The notes under the pieces: model-generated
Told to the model about the DNA's origin: nothing
What the model saw: the letters and a program-made list of their open reading frames with translations, nothing else
Database searches by the model: none
Source: the human T2T-CHM13v2.0 reference genome, Homo sapiens
NCBI RefSeq assembly: GCF_009914755.1
Contig: NC_060948.1
Strand: one strand, 5' to 3'
Length of the DNA: 64,000 bases
Translations under genes and position numbers: made by a program
Shown: in pieces, positions 1 to 12,569 of the stretch
Layout: every line of letters starts with the position of its first letter
How positions within the stretch are numbered: the first letter of the stretch is position 1

Positions 1-378
1 AATGTGGCACATATACACCATGGAATACTATGCAGCCATAAAAAAGGACGAGTTCATGTCCTTTGCAGGGACATGGATGATGCTAGAAGCCATCATTCTG
101 AGCAAACTATCACAAGGACAGAAAACCAAACACCACATGTTCTCACTCATAGGTGGGAATTGATCAATGAGAACACTTGGACACAGGGCGGGGGACATCA
201 CACATGGGGGCCTGTCATGGGATGGGGGGCAGGGGGAGGGATAGTATTAGAAGAAATAGCTAATGTAAATGACTAGTTAATTGGTGCAACAAACCAACAC
301 GGCACATGTATACCTATGTAACACATCTGTACTTTGTGCACATGTACCCTAGAACTTAAAATAAAATAATAAAAAAAA
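1..378 (+). mobile_element. L1PA (about PA7/8-type) 3' end with A-rich tail
   Basis: Canonical L1PA 3'UTR (catgttctcactcataggtgggaattga ... gtgcacatgtaccctagaacttaaa) followed by an A tail at ~358-378. Confidence 0.92.
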
Positions 379-499
379 ATTCTTATGCCCTAAATCAAGT
401 CAAATATGATAGACTGATATAGAGATTATTTTTACAGGAAATGCACCAATAAAACGAACAAGTTTAACAACAACAATAAAAAAAGGTAACAGCAACAAC

Positions 500-2223
500 A
501 AAATAACCCTGGTGGGATGAACTGCATTCTGTAAAATAAATAAATTAATAAATAATAAAAGCCCCTGTGCTTGGGTTTTTATTGATTCATGGGCAGTGGC
601 CAATGGCTGGGCCACATGATCAGGCAGAAGGGCAATGAAAATCTGGCTTATTAATGGGATGCCCATATGACCTTATGGAAATTTGAGGAGTTCATTAAAG
701 TAGAACATGTCTATGCTTATCAGAATAGCCCCTTTTCAGGTTCAGAACGTAATTAGAATTGACAAGCTGATATCCATCCACCATGCGATCCCTTGAAGTG
801 GCTGCCTGGGTCCATGAAATGAGTGGATATAGGCATATTTCAGCAATTAAGAGATGAACTTAATCTAGACATGTTTCTCTTACACCCTATTAGACACATA
901 ACAACAATAAAAATTCTTATGTATGCCAGCAAGGAGACAGAGCCTGCCAATGGTTATGTGGCAGATTCCCTGGTGGGAAGGCCATAAAACTAGCTGGCAA
1001 GTGGGACTGAAGCTGGTAGACCTGAGGGAGCTACAAATGGGTCTTGACAGGAAGAAACAGGTTCTGGACTAGGCTTTGATTATCCTGTGGAAGATGCAAA
1101 TGTTCAGAGTGTTGTAAGAAAACCAGAACAGAAGATATTGCATAGATGTGAATGGGCAAGCATCATTACTTCAGGCTGAGAGACCCACCATACAGGCAAT
1201 AACGTTCAACAGTGGGCAAAGATATCTCCTTTCAGAGTAATAGTTTGATAGAAAAGTGAAACAGGCAATGAAAACATTGGCTGCCTAAAACAAGGGGAGA
1301 TAAAAGAATAACGGAATGGCTTATGAATGTGAGCACAGGGCTTCATAAATGTGTGACCACACTCAACGTAAGTGGGGTTAAGGGAAGGTTCCCATTGGTT
1401 AGATTCCTTCACATTTCTGTGGTTTTTGTGAAGAGGGGATGGGAAAGAATGCCAGTGTGACTATGTGACCCTTGCCAAGAGAGGAGTATATTAATACAAG
1501 GACTATACTTTTTCCCTACATAACCTCAAAAAAATATTTCTCCTGTTTGATGCAGTGGTTCTAGGACCAGGGCAGTAAAAACAAGTGCTGAAAGCAGAGA
1601 CGATTTTTAAGAAAGAAACTATAACTATGTATTAAAGCTTTATGTCAGAATTTCAAAAGGCCAGATGTGGGTGGATGTTGCCTTCACCACATCTGGCAAA
1701 ATTGGAGTTAACAGTGAATGTAGCTACATTTTCTGGAGGTAACAATAGCTATCTAAATGTGAATGGACTGAGGAGGAGGTACCTGCTAGACTAGTGCTTG
1801 CAACGTAGATCAACACGACTGCTTATTCTAATGTCTCATCCAAAGGTGGAAGTCTGAGTATTAATGGAGAGATGGAATAATAGCTGAGGGTAAAGGGATG
1901 AATAAATGGGTTTTGAATTGAGGGAAATCCTATATTACTTTAAAACCTCAAAAGAGGCTTAAAGAAAGATTATATTGTCTCTTAGCTCAAGTATGCCAGA
2001 TGCCTGAAAGGGTGAAGCTATGTTTGCTAAGACCACTGCTGCTTTTGTATCCTGCCAAGATTGAATGAATATCTGTAAACATTAATGGCCTTACCCTGGA
2101 AGAGATTCATGCAATATAATGGACTGAACTAATGATTATATGGGATTCTAGAATTTGGTAGTGTCCTCTGAGTTGTATGTCCTTTTGATGTAAGGGATTT
2201 GAATTTGAAGACCAGGGGCAGTC
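500..2223 (+). mobile_element. Degenerate ERVL-class internal sequence (MER21-int-like)
   Basis: ~575-660 translates to FIDSWAVANGWAT*SGR, an ERVL RNase H-like motif; a purine tract directly precedes the MER21 LTR. Confidence 0.65.
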
Positions 2224-2680
2224 TGTGATATTGTAAAATACATATTTAGTCTTCAATCTTGTTTCCAGCAATACAACTTCTAAAATCTTTAGAAACTCCA
2301 AAGTGATGTCTTTGTATATGCTAATAAGTTGACTGATGACTGGCATCCCCAAGGTAGCTTCAGGATAGGAGCTGGTTACGGGAAACACTAAGGCAGGATT
2401 AGAGGGTTGAGAGATTTCCCCAAATTCCAGGGGCTAAAGACTACCATGATCACCAATAGCCAATGGTTTAATCAATCATGCCTATATAATAAAGCCTTCA
2501 TAAAAACTCAAAAGGACAGGGTCTGGGGAGCTTCTGAATAGTTGAACATATGTAATTTCCTGAATGATGGTATGCCAGGAGAGCCATAAAAACTCCACAC
2601 CCCTCCCACATGCCTAGCCTTATGAATATATTTATGTGCATCTTTTGCAATATTCTTTATAATAAAGTGGTAAACATAAA
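2224..2680 (+). mobile_element. MER21-family LTR, truncated at its 3' side
   Basis: Starts TGTGATATTGT; contains gtctttgtatatgctaat..., aatcaatcatgcctat...ataaaaactcaaaaggacagggt and an AATAAA, typical of MER21B/C. Confidence 0.75.
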
Positions 2681-5600
2681 AAAGAGAAATTAGAAAAACA
2701 AACAAAACAGGAACTCAGAAGATGAAAAGTACAATAATTGAATTAAAAATTCACTAAAAGGATTCAACAACTTTGAGCAGGCAGAAAAATGAATCAGCAA
2801 AATTGAAGATAATTTAAATGAACTAGTGTGAGGAATATAGAGAAAAAATAATGAAAGAAACGAACAGAAACTGAAGTAAATGTCAAACATCAAAAAGTGT
2901 ATTAACATATACATTATGGGAATGCCAGAAGGAGAAGAGAAATGGGAAAATAAAATATTTAAATAAATAACTAATGGATGAAAAGTTAAATATGATAAAA
3001 TATATGAATCTACACACCAAAGAAGCTAAATGAACTTCAAATAGGAAAAACTAAGAGACTCACATTGAAACACATTACAATCGAACTGTTGGAATCTAAG
3101 ACAAAGAGACCTCTTGAAAGTGGCAAGATAGAAATGATTCATTTCACATAAAGAAATCTCCAATTAGATTAACAAATGATTTTTTATTAGAATCCATAAA
3201 GGCAAGCAAGAGGTGAGATGACATATTTAAAGTTCTAAAGACATAAAACTGGCAACAAAAATTCTATACTTCACAAAACTATTCTTCAAAAATAAAGGAT
3301 AATTAAAATATAACTAGATAAGCAAAAGCTGACACAGATTATTAATTGTAGAACTTCCCTGCAAGAAATACTAAAGGGAATACTTTAGGCTAAAATAAAA
3401 GAACACTAGACAAAAACTTCAAGGTATATGAAGAAATAAAGAACACTGGTAAAAGTAACTATATAGGTAAATATGAAAGGTGGTATTATCATACTTTGGG
3501 TTTGTGACTCCTTTATTTCTTCTACAATTTAAAGTCTAAATTAATAAAATTTTAATTATAAATCTATGTTAAAGGAAACATAATATGTAAGAATACGATC
3601 TGTGACTATTAAAATACAAAAGAAGAATGAAGGAGATATATAGTAGCAGTTTTTATACTACTGAAATTAAGTTGGTATTATTCAAACTAAGTTGTCTTAA
3701 GTTTAATATGCTAATTGTATTCTCCATGGTAACCAATAAGAAACAAGTAAAATGTATAAAGAAAAGAAAGAAGAAAATCAAAATGGTGAACCATTAAAAT
3801 TTTAAAAAGTAAAAATAAAGCAGTAATGGAGGAGTAGAATGAATATAAGACATACAGAAAACAAATATCTAGATGGCAAAGGTAAGCCCCTTCAAATCAA
3901 AAATTACTTTAAATATTAACAGATTAAACTCTCTAATTGAAAGGCAGATATTGGCATAAATGATGGAGAAACGTGATTTATTTATATGCTGGCTATAAGT
4001 GACACACTTTAGTTACAAATGCACAAAGAGGTTGAAATTAAAAGAATGGAAAAAGATTTTTCATGAAAATAGAAATCAAAGTGAGCTGGGGTGGCTATAT
4101 TATTGCAAAGAAAACAGACTTAAAGTAAAAAAGAAGTTACAAACACAAAGAGGATATACACTGGTAAAAGGCAAAATGTGGCAAGAAGATATAGCAATTA
4201 TAAACATATATGAACCCAACAACAGACTTCAGTGCTCCGTGTTCAATAACGGATAGAACAACCAGACAGAACTTTAATAAGGAAGTAGAGGACTTGAATA
4301 ATACTATAAAACTATTAGACCTTAAAGATATATACTGAATATTCCACCCCAAACGACCATACATTCTTTTCAAATGCATGCAGAAAATCTGTAGAACAGA
4401 TCATATTTTAGGCCGCAAACAATTTTTAATAAATTTTAAAATATTGCCATCATATAAAATATTTTATGATTATAACGGAATACAATTAGAAATCAATACC
4501 TAAAGAAAATCTAAAAACTTCATAATTATGCAGAAATTAAACCAAAACCTCTCAAACAACTAAAACATTAAAGAATAAATCATAAGGGTAATTGGAAAAT
4601 GTTAAGAAATATGCAAAACAATCTATCAAAACTTATGAGATGCAGCCAAAGCACTGCTGAGAAATCTATAGCTGCAAATGCTTAAATAAAAAAAAAAATT
4701 AAAATCTCCATTCAACAACGTAACTGTATGCCTAAAAACTATAAAAAGAACAGCAAACTAAACCAAATATTAGCAGAGGAAAGAAATAATAAATATTAGC
4801 AGGGAGGTAAATGTAACAGATAATAGAAAAGCAACAGAGAAAATTAATGAAACTGAAAGTTTTTGAAAAGATATTGACTAAGAAAAAGAAGACAAATTAA
4901 TACAATAAAAAGTAAAAGGATAACATTATTATCAACTTCATAAAAATAAAAGGATTAAAAAACATTATGAGCATTTACATATCAGAAAATTGACTAACCT
5001 AGATGATATAAACTCACTTTTAGAAAGATAAACTACCAAAACTGACACAAGAATAAATAGGAAATATGAAGAGAACAGTAAAAAGTAAACATATTAAATT
5101 GTTAATCAAGAACCTCCAAACATATAAAATTCCAAGATAGATCAGATGGGTTCATTGGTAAATTCTACCAGACGTTTAAGAAACAATTGGCACTAATTCC
5201 TTTGAAACTTTTCAAAAAAGTGGAAGAGCAGGAAATAGTTTTAAACTCATTCTGTGAGACTAACATTACCGCACCCCAAAGCCATATAAAGACAATACAA
5301 CAAAACTACAGGCTAGTTTCTTTTTGACTATAAATTTAAAAATCCTAAGCATAATATTAGAAAACCTAATTCAACAGCATATTAGAAGGATTATACATAA
5401 TATCTAAGTGGTATTTATCTCAAAAATCCAAGAGTGATTAAATATATGAAATTCAATCACTGTAATACACTATACTAACAGACCAAAGAAATAAAGCCAC
5501 ATTATCTGAATTGATACAGAATATGCATTGAATAAAATACAATATCCTTTCAGGATAAAGACATTCAAAAACTAAGAATGGAAGAAAATGTTCCCAAGAT

Positions 5601-6056
5601 TAAATAAATACCATAAACGAAATACCCACAGCTAATATCGTACTCATTTGTGAAACACTGAAAGCTCTTCTGAGGATTCCTGCTTTAGCCATTTCTATTC
5701 ATCATAGTCCTGGAAGCCCTAACAAGGAGATTATGCAGGAAAAAAACCTACAAGCACCCAAATTGGAAACTACATGGAAAATTATCTGTTTTCGCAGGTG
5801 ACCTAACATTATATGTAGAAAACCCTAAATATTACACAAAAAATAATCTGTCAGAGATAATAGACAAATGTATCAAAGTTTCAGAATACATAGTTACCAT
5901 TCAAAAATCAGTTGTATTTGTATACAGTAACAATTAAAAAATTATTCTATTTTCAATAGCATCAAAAAGAATAAAATACTTATGAATAAACTTAGCCAAG
6001 AAGGTAAAGGACATACATCAAAAAACCATAAAACATTACTGAAAGAAATTAGGGAC
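2681..6056 (+). mobile_element. Old L1M (L1MA/MB-type), ORF1 and 5' part of ORF2, decayed
   Basis: A-rich L1 sense strand; ORF 3999-4256 resembles L1 endonuclease (WKKIFHEN..EDIAIINIYEPNNR); breaks at gaaagaaatt and resumes after the provirus. Confidence 0.88.
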
Positions 6057-6508
6057 TGTGATGGTTAATATTGAATGTCAACTTGATTGGATTGAAGGAT
6101 GCAAAGTATCGGTCCTGGCTGTGTCTGTGAGGGTATTGCCAAATGAGATTAACATTTGAGTCAGTGGACTGAAAAAGGCAGACCCACCCTCAACATGGGT
6201 GGGCACAATCTAATCAGTTGCCAGTGCAACCAGAATAAAAGCAGGCAGAGGAATGTGAAAAGACAAGTCTGGTTTAGTCTTGTGTCCTACATCTTTCTTC
6301 AGTGGTGGATGCTCCCTGCCCTTGAACATCAGACTCTAAGTTCTTCAGCTTTGGGACTCAAACTAGCTTACTTGCTCTGCGGCTTGCAGATGGCCTACTG
6401 TGGGACCTCACCTTGTTATTGTGTGAGTCAATACTCCTTAATAAACTCCTCTTTATATATACATCTATCCTATTAGTTCTATCCCTCCAGAGAACCCTGA
6501 CTAATACA
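6057..6508 (+). mobile_element. 5' LTR, MLT2A1-like
   Basis: TGTGATGGTTAAT...AGAACCCTGACTAATACA, 452 bp, repeated at 12119. Confidence 0.93.
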
Positions 6509-6513
6509 AATTT

Positions 6514-6533
6514 TGGTACCAGAAGTGGTTCTA
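6514..6533 (+). promoter_or_regulatory. HERV-L primer binding site (tRNA-Leu type)
   Basis: TGGTACCAGAAGTGGTTCT immediately after the 5' LTR, as in HERV-L. Confidence 0.75.
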
Positions 6534-6599
6534 GAGCAATAGAATATCAAGATGGAGTTATTTTGTTGGTTTTGGGGTTTCTGGAGTTGGCTACTTAAT

Positions 6600-8290
6600 A
6601 TGGATTAGGCCTCAAAATGCTAAGGACTCTACTTCTAACTGTATGAAGAACACTGATAGTCCTTACCGTGAACTGTTTGGAGAGTTATGCATAATGAACA
6701 CATTTGATACTTCTGATTTCACTGCTCATGAGAGGCAAGGAGGTTAGTTACTCTACATAATACCTTTGATCATATGTGGAGAACCAAGGATATAATAAAG
6801 TTGGTTGGTTGCTTCTGAGTTCACTGGAAAGGGATGAAAGAAAATGATGAACTCAAGGATTCCAACTCCTGGCTTCAGAAGCAGACACGGAGCCTTAAAC
6901 CTTCTAAGACTGCTCTGAGTGAGAGTATTATCTCTTGTAGGAAAAGAACTGAAATTGTGGAAAATCAGACACAAGTTCTTATCATGTAAGCAGCTGACCT
7001 GCAACAAAAGGTGCATGCACAGCCTTTCCAGGTGTCTACTGTTAAAGTGAGGGCATTGATTCAAAAAGAATGGGACCCTGAAACTTAGAATGGGAATGTG
7101 TGAGAGGACCCTGATGAGGCTGGGGACATTGAGCTTGTAAACTCTGATGAGACTTTTTTGCCAGAAAACAAAAAACAGCTTCCCTATCCCCAGTAGTGGC
7201 AATATCCCCCCTGCCCCAACCCATGCTGCCATCAGCCTTTCCACCTTTGTCTGAGGAGATAAACCCTGCACTGCCTGAGGCAACAATGATGGCCTCCCCT
7301 GAGGCAGTTGTCAGCAAGACAATGCTGATTCTCCTCAGGAGCCACCCCCAACACCCCTGTTTGCATCTAGTCCTGTAACTAGACTAAAGTCCTGGCTGGG
7401 CCCCAGAGGTGAGGTTCAGAGTGTGACACACGAGGAGGTACACTACACTCCAAAAGAACTGATTGAGTTTTCTAATTTTTATAAGCAGAAATCTGGAGAA
7501 CAGGCATGGGAATGGATATTAAAGGCGTGCAATAATGGTGGAAGGAACATAGAATTGGATCAGGCTGAATTTATTGATTTGGGCCCACTAAGCAGGGGCT
7601 TTGCATTCAATGTTGCAGTTTGGGGAATTAAAAAAGGTTCCAATAGTTTATTTGCTTGGTTAGCTAAAATGTGGATTAAAAGATGGCATATTGTGAATGA
7701 GCTGGAAATGCCTGATCTTCCTTGGTTTAATGTGGAGGAAGGGATCCAAAGGCTTGGTGAGATTTGGATGCAGGAGTGGATTAGTAAATTTAGACCTACT
7801 CATCCTAGCTGGGAGGGTTCAGAAGATATACCCTTGACCAATATTTTGTTAAATAGATTTGTGAGGACAGTACCTGCATCCTTGAAGAGCTCTGTTATTG
7901 CTCTTCTCTGTATGCCAGATCTTGCAGTAGGAACCACAGTCACTCAACTACAAAATGGGAATAATTGGATCCCGAGGTGGCAGAGGCCAAGTGGCAGCAC
8001 TCAAACGTCAAAGGCAAGGTGGGCATAGGTACGATAATGGAAAGCAAAGGCAGAGCAGCAATCAGAATAGTCTGACTCTTGTAGAGCTCTGGCATTGGCT
8101 AATTAATCACAGTGGTCCTAGAAGTGAAATTCACAGGAAGCCTACTGCACTCTTACTTAATTTATATAAGCAGAAAACTTCCAGGCCAAGTGAACAAAAG
8201 ACAAATTTGAATTATAAAAATAGAGAATCATGGCGCCTCCATCAATTTCCAGACTTGAACCATTTTACAGACCCAGAACCACTTGAATGA
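6600..8290 (+). pseudogene. HERV-L gag remnant
   Basis: ORFs 7423-8028 (YTPKELIEFSNFYKQKSGEQAWEWILK) and 7955-8290 are ERVL Gag-like; frame is broken; start approximate. Confidence 0.85.
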
Positions 8291-11200
8291 AGGGGAAGCC
8301 AGTTCCCCTTGGGGAAGGACCCCACTACACTACCAACAATTTATGCTGTTAATTTTTCTTCCATCTTTTACCAAGGAGACCTCCAGCCTTTTACCAGGGT
8401 AACTATGCATTGGGGAAAGGGAAATAATCAGACCTTACAAGGACTGGACACAGTCTCTGACCTGATGTTGATTCCCAGGGACCCAAACGTCATTGTCGTC
8501 CTCTAGTAAAAGTAGGGGCTTATGGAGGTCAGGTAATTAATGGAGATTTAGCTGAGGTCTGACTTACAGTAGGTCCAGTGGGTTCCCAGACTCATCCTGT
8601 TGTCATTTTCCCAGTGCCAGAATGCATAATTGGCATAGATATACTGAGCAGCTGGCAGAATCACCACATTGGGTCCCTGACTGGTAGGGTGAGGACTATT
8701 ATGGTGGAAAAAGCCAAATGGAAGCCATTAGAGCTGCCTCTACCTAGAGAAATAGTAAATCAAAAACAATATTGCATCCCTGGAGGAATTGCAGAGATTA
8801 CCACTACCATCAAGAACTTGAAAGACGCAGGGTGGTGATTCCCACCACATCCCCATTCAACTTTCTTATTTGGCCTATGCAGAAAACAGGTGGGGCTTGC
8901 AGAAAGACAGTGAATAATTGTAAGCCTAACCAAGTGGTGACTCAAATTGCAGCTGCTGTACCAGATGTGGTTTCATTGCTTGAGCAAATTAACACATGTC
9001 CCAGTACCTGGAATGCAGGCATTGACTTGGCAAATGGTTTTTTCTCCATCACTGTCCATAAGGCCCATCAGAAGCAATTTGCCTTTAGCTGGCAAGGCCA
9101 GTAACATAACTTTACTGTCCTACCTGAGGGGTACATCAGCTCTCTGGCTTTGTGTCATCATTTTGTTTGAAGAGCTCTTGATTCCTTTTCCCTACCACAA
9201 GATTGATCCATTACATTGATGACATTATGCTGGCTGGATCCAGTGAGCAAAAAGTAGCAAACACACTGGACTTATTGGGAGACGTTTGTGTGCAAGAGGA
9301 TGGGAAATAAATCTGACTAAAATTCAGGGACCTTCTATCTCAGTAAAATATCTAGGGGTTATGGGGTGTGGGGTCTGTCAAGATATTCCTTCTAAATTGA
9401 AGGATGAGTTGCTGCATTTGGCCCCTCCTACAACCAAGAAAGAGGCACAACCTATTTAGATTTTGAATACAACACATTCCTCATCTGGGAGTGTTACTCT
9501 GGCTCATTTATCAAGTAACCAAAAAAGCTGCCAGTTTTGAGTGGGGTCCAGAAGAGGAGAAAGCTCTGCAACAGGTTCAGGCTGCTGTGCAAGCTGCTCT
9601 GCCACTTGGGCCATATGACCCAGCAGATCCAATAGTGCTTGAGGTGTCAGTGGCAGATAGAGGTGCTGTTTGGAGCCTTTGGCAGGTCCCCATAGGTGAA
9701 TCACAGCAGAGGCCTCTAGGATTTTGGAGCAAGGCCTTGCCATCTTCTGCAGATAACGACTCTCCTTTTGAGAGACAGCTCTTGGCCTGTTACTGCGCTT
9801 TGGTAGAAACTGAACGTTTGGATATGGGTCATCAAGTTACCATGAGACCTGAAGTGCTTATCATAAACTGCGTGCTTTCTGACCCATCTAGCCATAAAGT
9901 GGGGCATGCACAGCAGCATTCCATCATCAAATGAAAGTGGTACATATGTGATAAGACTAGAGCAAGTCCTGAGGGCACAAGTAGGTTACATGAGGAAGTG
10001 GCTCAAATGCCCATGGTCCCCATCCCTGCCACCCTGTCTTCTCTCCCCCAGCCTGCACTGATGGCCTCATGTGGAGTTCCCTATGATCAGTTGACAGAGG
10101 AAGAGAAGACAAGGGCCTGGTTTACAGATGGTTCTGCACAATATGCAGGCGCTACCTGAACATGGACAGCTGCAGCACTGTAGTCCCTTTCTCGGACATC
10201 CTTGAAGGAAAGTGGCAGAGGGAAATCTTCTCAGAGGGCAGAACCTTGAGCAGTGCACCTCATTGTGCACTTTGCTTGGAACAAGAAATAGCCAAATGCT
10301 TAATTATATACTGATTAATGAGCTGTAGCCAATGGTTTGCCCGGATGGTCAAGAACTTGGAATAAGCATGATTGGAAAATTGGTGACAAAAGAATTTTGG
10401 GAAGAGGTATGTGGATGGACCTCTCTGAGTGGTCAAAAATTGTGAAGACATTTGTATCTCATGTAAGTGCTCACCGAAGGGTGACCTGAGCAGGGGAGGA
10501 TTTTAATAATCAAGTGGATAGGATGACTCATTCTGTGGATACCACTCAGCCTCTTTCCCCAGACACTCCTGTCATCGCCCAATGGTCCCATGAACAAAGG
10601 GGCCATGGTGGCAGGGATGGAGGTTATGCATGGATTCAGCAACATGGACTTCCACTTACCAAGGTGACCTGGCTATGGCCACTGCTGAGTGCCCAATTTG
10701 CCAGCAGCAGAGACCAACACTGATCCCTCGATATGGCACCATTCCTTGGGTAATTAGCCAGCTACTTGGTGATAGGTTGATTACATTGGACCTCTTCAAT
10801 CATGGAAGGGGCAGAGGTTTGTCCTCACTGGAACAGACACTTACTCCGGATATGAGTTTGCCTATCCTGCACACAATGCTTTTGCGAAGACTACATCCAT
10901 GGATTCACGAAGGTCTTATCTACCATCATGGCATTCCACATAGCACTGCCTCTGATCAAGACACTCACCTTACAGCTAAAGAAGTGTGGCAGTGGGCTCA
11001 TGCTCATGGAATTCACTGGTTTTACCATGTTCCCCATCATCCTGAAGCAGCTGGATTAATAGGATGGTGGAATGGCCTTTTGAAGTCACAATTACAATGC
11101 CGACTAGGTGACAATACTCTGCAGGGCTGGGGAAAAGTTCTTCAGAAGGCTGTGTGTGCTCTGAATCAGCATCCAATATATGGTACTGTTTCTCCCGTAG

Positions 11201-11340
11201 CCAGGATTCATGGGTCCAGGAATCAAGGGGTGGAAGTGGAAGTGGCACCATTCATCATCACTTCTAGTGACCCACTAGCAAAATTTTTGCTTCCTGTTTC
11301 CTCGACATCATGTTCTGCTGGACTTAAGGTTGTAGTTCTG
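8291..11340 (+). pseudogene. HERV-L protease/RT/RNase H/integrase remnant
   Basis: ECIIGIDILSSW (protease), IDLANGFFSI and YIDD at 9212-9223 (RT), PLGFWSKALPSSA, CPICQQ and HVPHHPEAAGLI (integrase). Confidence 0.92.
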
Positions 11341-11348
11341 ATGGAGGA

Positions 11349-11774
11349 ATGCTGCCACCAGGAGACACAACAACAATTTCATTGAACTGTACATTAAGAT
11401 TGCCACTTGGCCACTTTGGGATCCTTCTACCTCTATGTCAACAGGCTAAGAAGAGAATTACAGTGTTGTCTGGGGTGACTGACCAGGGCTATCAAGTTAA
11501 AATCAGTCTACTACTCCACAGTGGAGGTGAGGAAGAGTATGTGTGGAATACAGAAACATTTTTAGGGTATCTCTTAGTATTACCATGCCCTGTGATTAAG
11601 GTCAATGGGAAATTACAACAGTCCAATCCAGGCAGGACTACAAATGGCCCAGACCTTTCAGGAATGAAGGTTTTGGTCATTGCACCAGGTGAAAAAACAC
11701 AACCTGCTAAAGTGTGTGCTGAAGGTAAAGGGAATACAGAATGGGTAGTAGAGAAAAGCGGTCATCAAAATTAG
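11349..11774 (+). pseudogene. HERV-L dUTPase-containing 3' remnant
   Basis: LRLPLGHFGILLP..ITVLSGVTDQGYQVKISLLLHSGG matches dUTPase motifs at the ERV-L position downstream of integrase. Confidence 0.85.
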
Positions 11775-12118
11775 CTACAACCACGTGACCAGTTGCAGAA
11801 TCAAGGACTGTAATTGTCATGAGTATTTTCTTCTTATTTTGTTAAGAACATGTTTGTGCATGTATACACTGTACTAAGAAAATATCTTCAATTTATTTCC
11901 TTTTTATTTTATCATGTGACATAAGATTTATTGACTTCATATCAACATTTAAGTGTTATTAACTATGTAATAGCATTTGTGTTAGCGATTGGTGCATTTC
12001 CTACTGTACAAAAGACAGTTGTATTATGTTAGGTGTAATTATGACCTTATTATTGTCTTTACTTAAGATTATGTATGATTTCAGATGTGTATGAGTTCAA
12101 GTTGACAAGGGGTGGACT

Positions 12119-12569
12119 TGTGATGGTTAATGTTGAGGGTCAACTTGATTGGATCGAGGATGCAAAGTATTGCTCCTGAGTGTGTCTGTGAGGGTGTTGC
12201 CAAAGGAGATTAACATTTGAATAATTGGATTGGGAAAGGCAGATCCACCCTCAATATGGGTGGGCACAATCTAATCAGCTGCCAGTGCAGCCAGAATAAA
12301 AGCAGGCAAAAGAAAATGAAAAGACTAGACTAGTTTAGTCTTCTGGCCTACATCTTTCTCCCATGCTGGAAGCTTCCTGCCCTTGAACGTCAGACTCCAA
12401 GTTCTTCAGCTTTGGGAACCGGACTAGCTTCCTTGCTCCTCAGCTTGCAGACTTCTTATTGTGAGACCTCACCTTGTGATTGTGTGAATCAGTATTCCCT
12501 AATAAATTCCCCTTTACATATACATCTATCCTATTAGGTCTGTCCCTCTAGAGAACCCTAATAGATACA
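12119..12569 (+). mobile_element. 3' LTR, MLT2A1-like
   Basis: Preceded by PPT gacaaggggtggact; about 12% different from the 5' LTR over the first ~200 bp (hand count). Confidence 0.93.

Larger units (their letters stand above)
6057..12569 (+). mobile_element. Full-length HERV-L provirus (LTR-gag-pro-pol-dUTPase-LTR, no env), inactivated
   Basis: Two ~450-bp MLT2A LTRs, PBS, gag/pol remnants, YIDD, integrase, dUTPase after integrase, polypurine tract; many stops and frameshifts. Confidence 0.96.
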
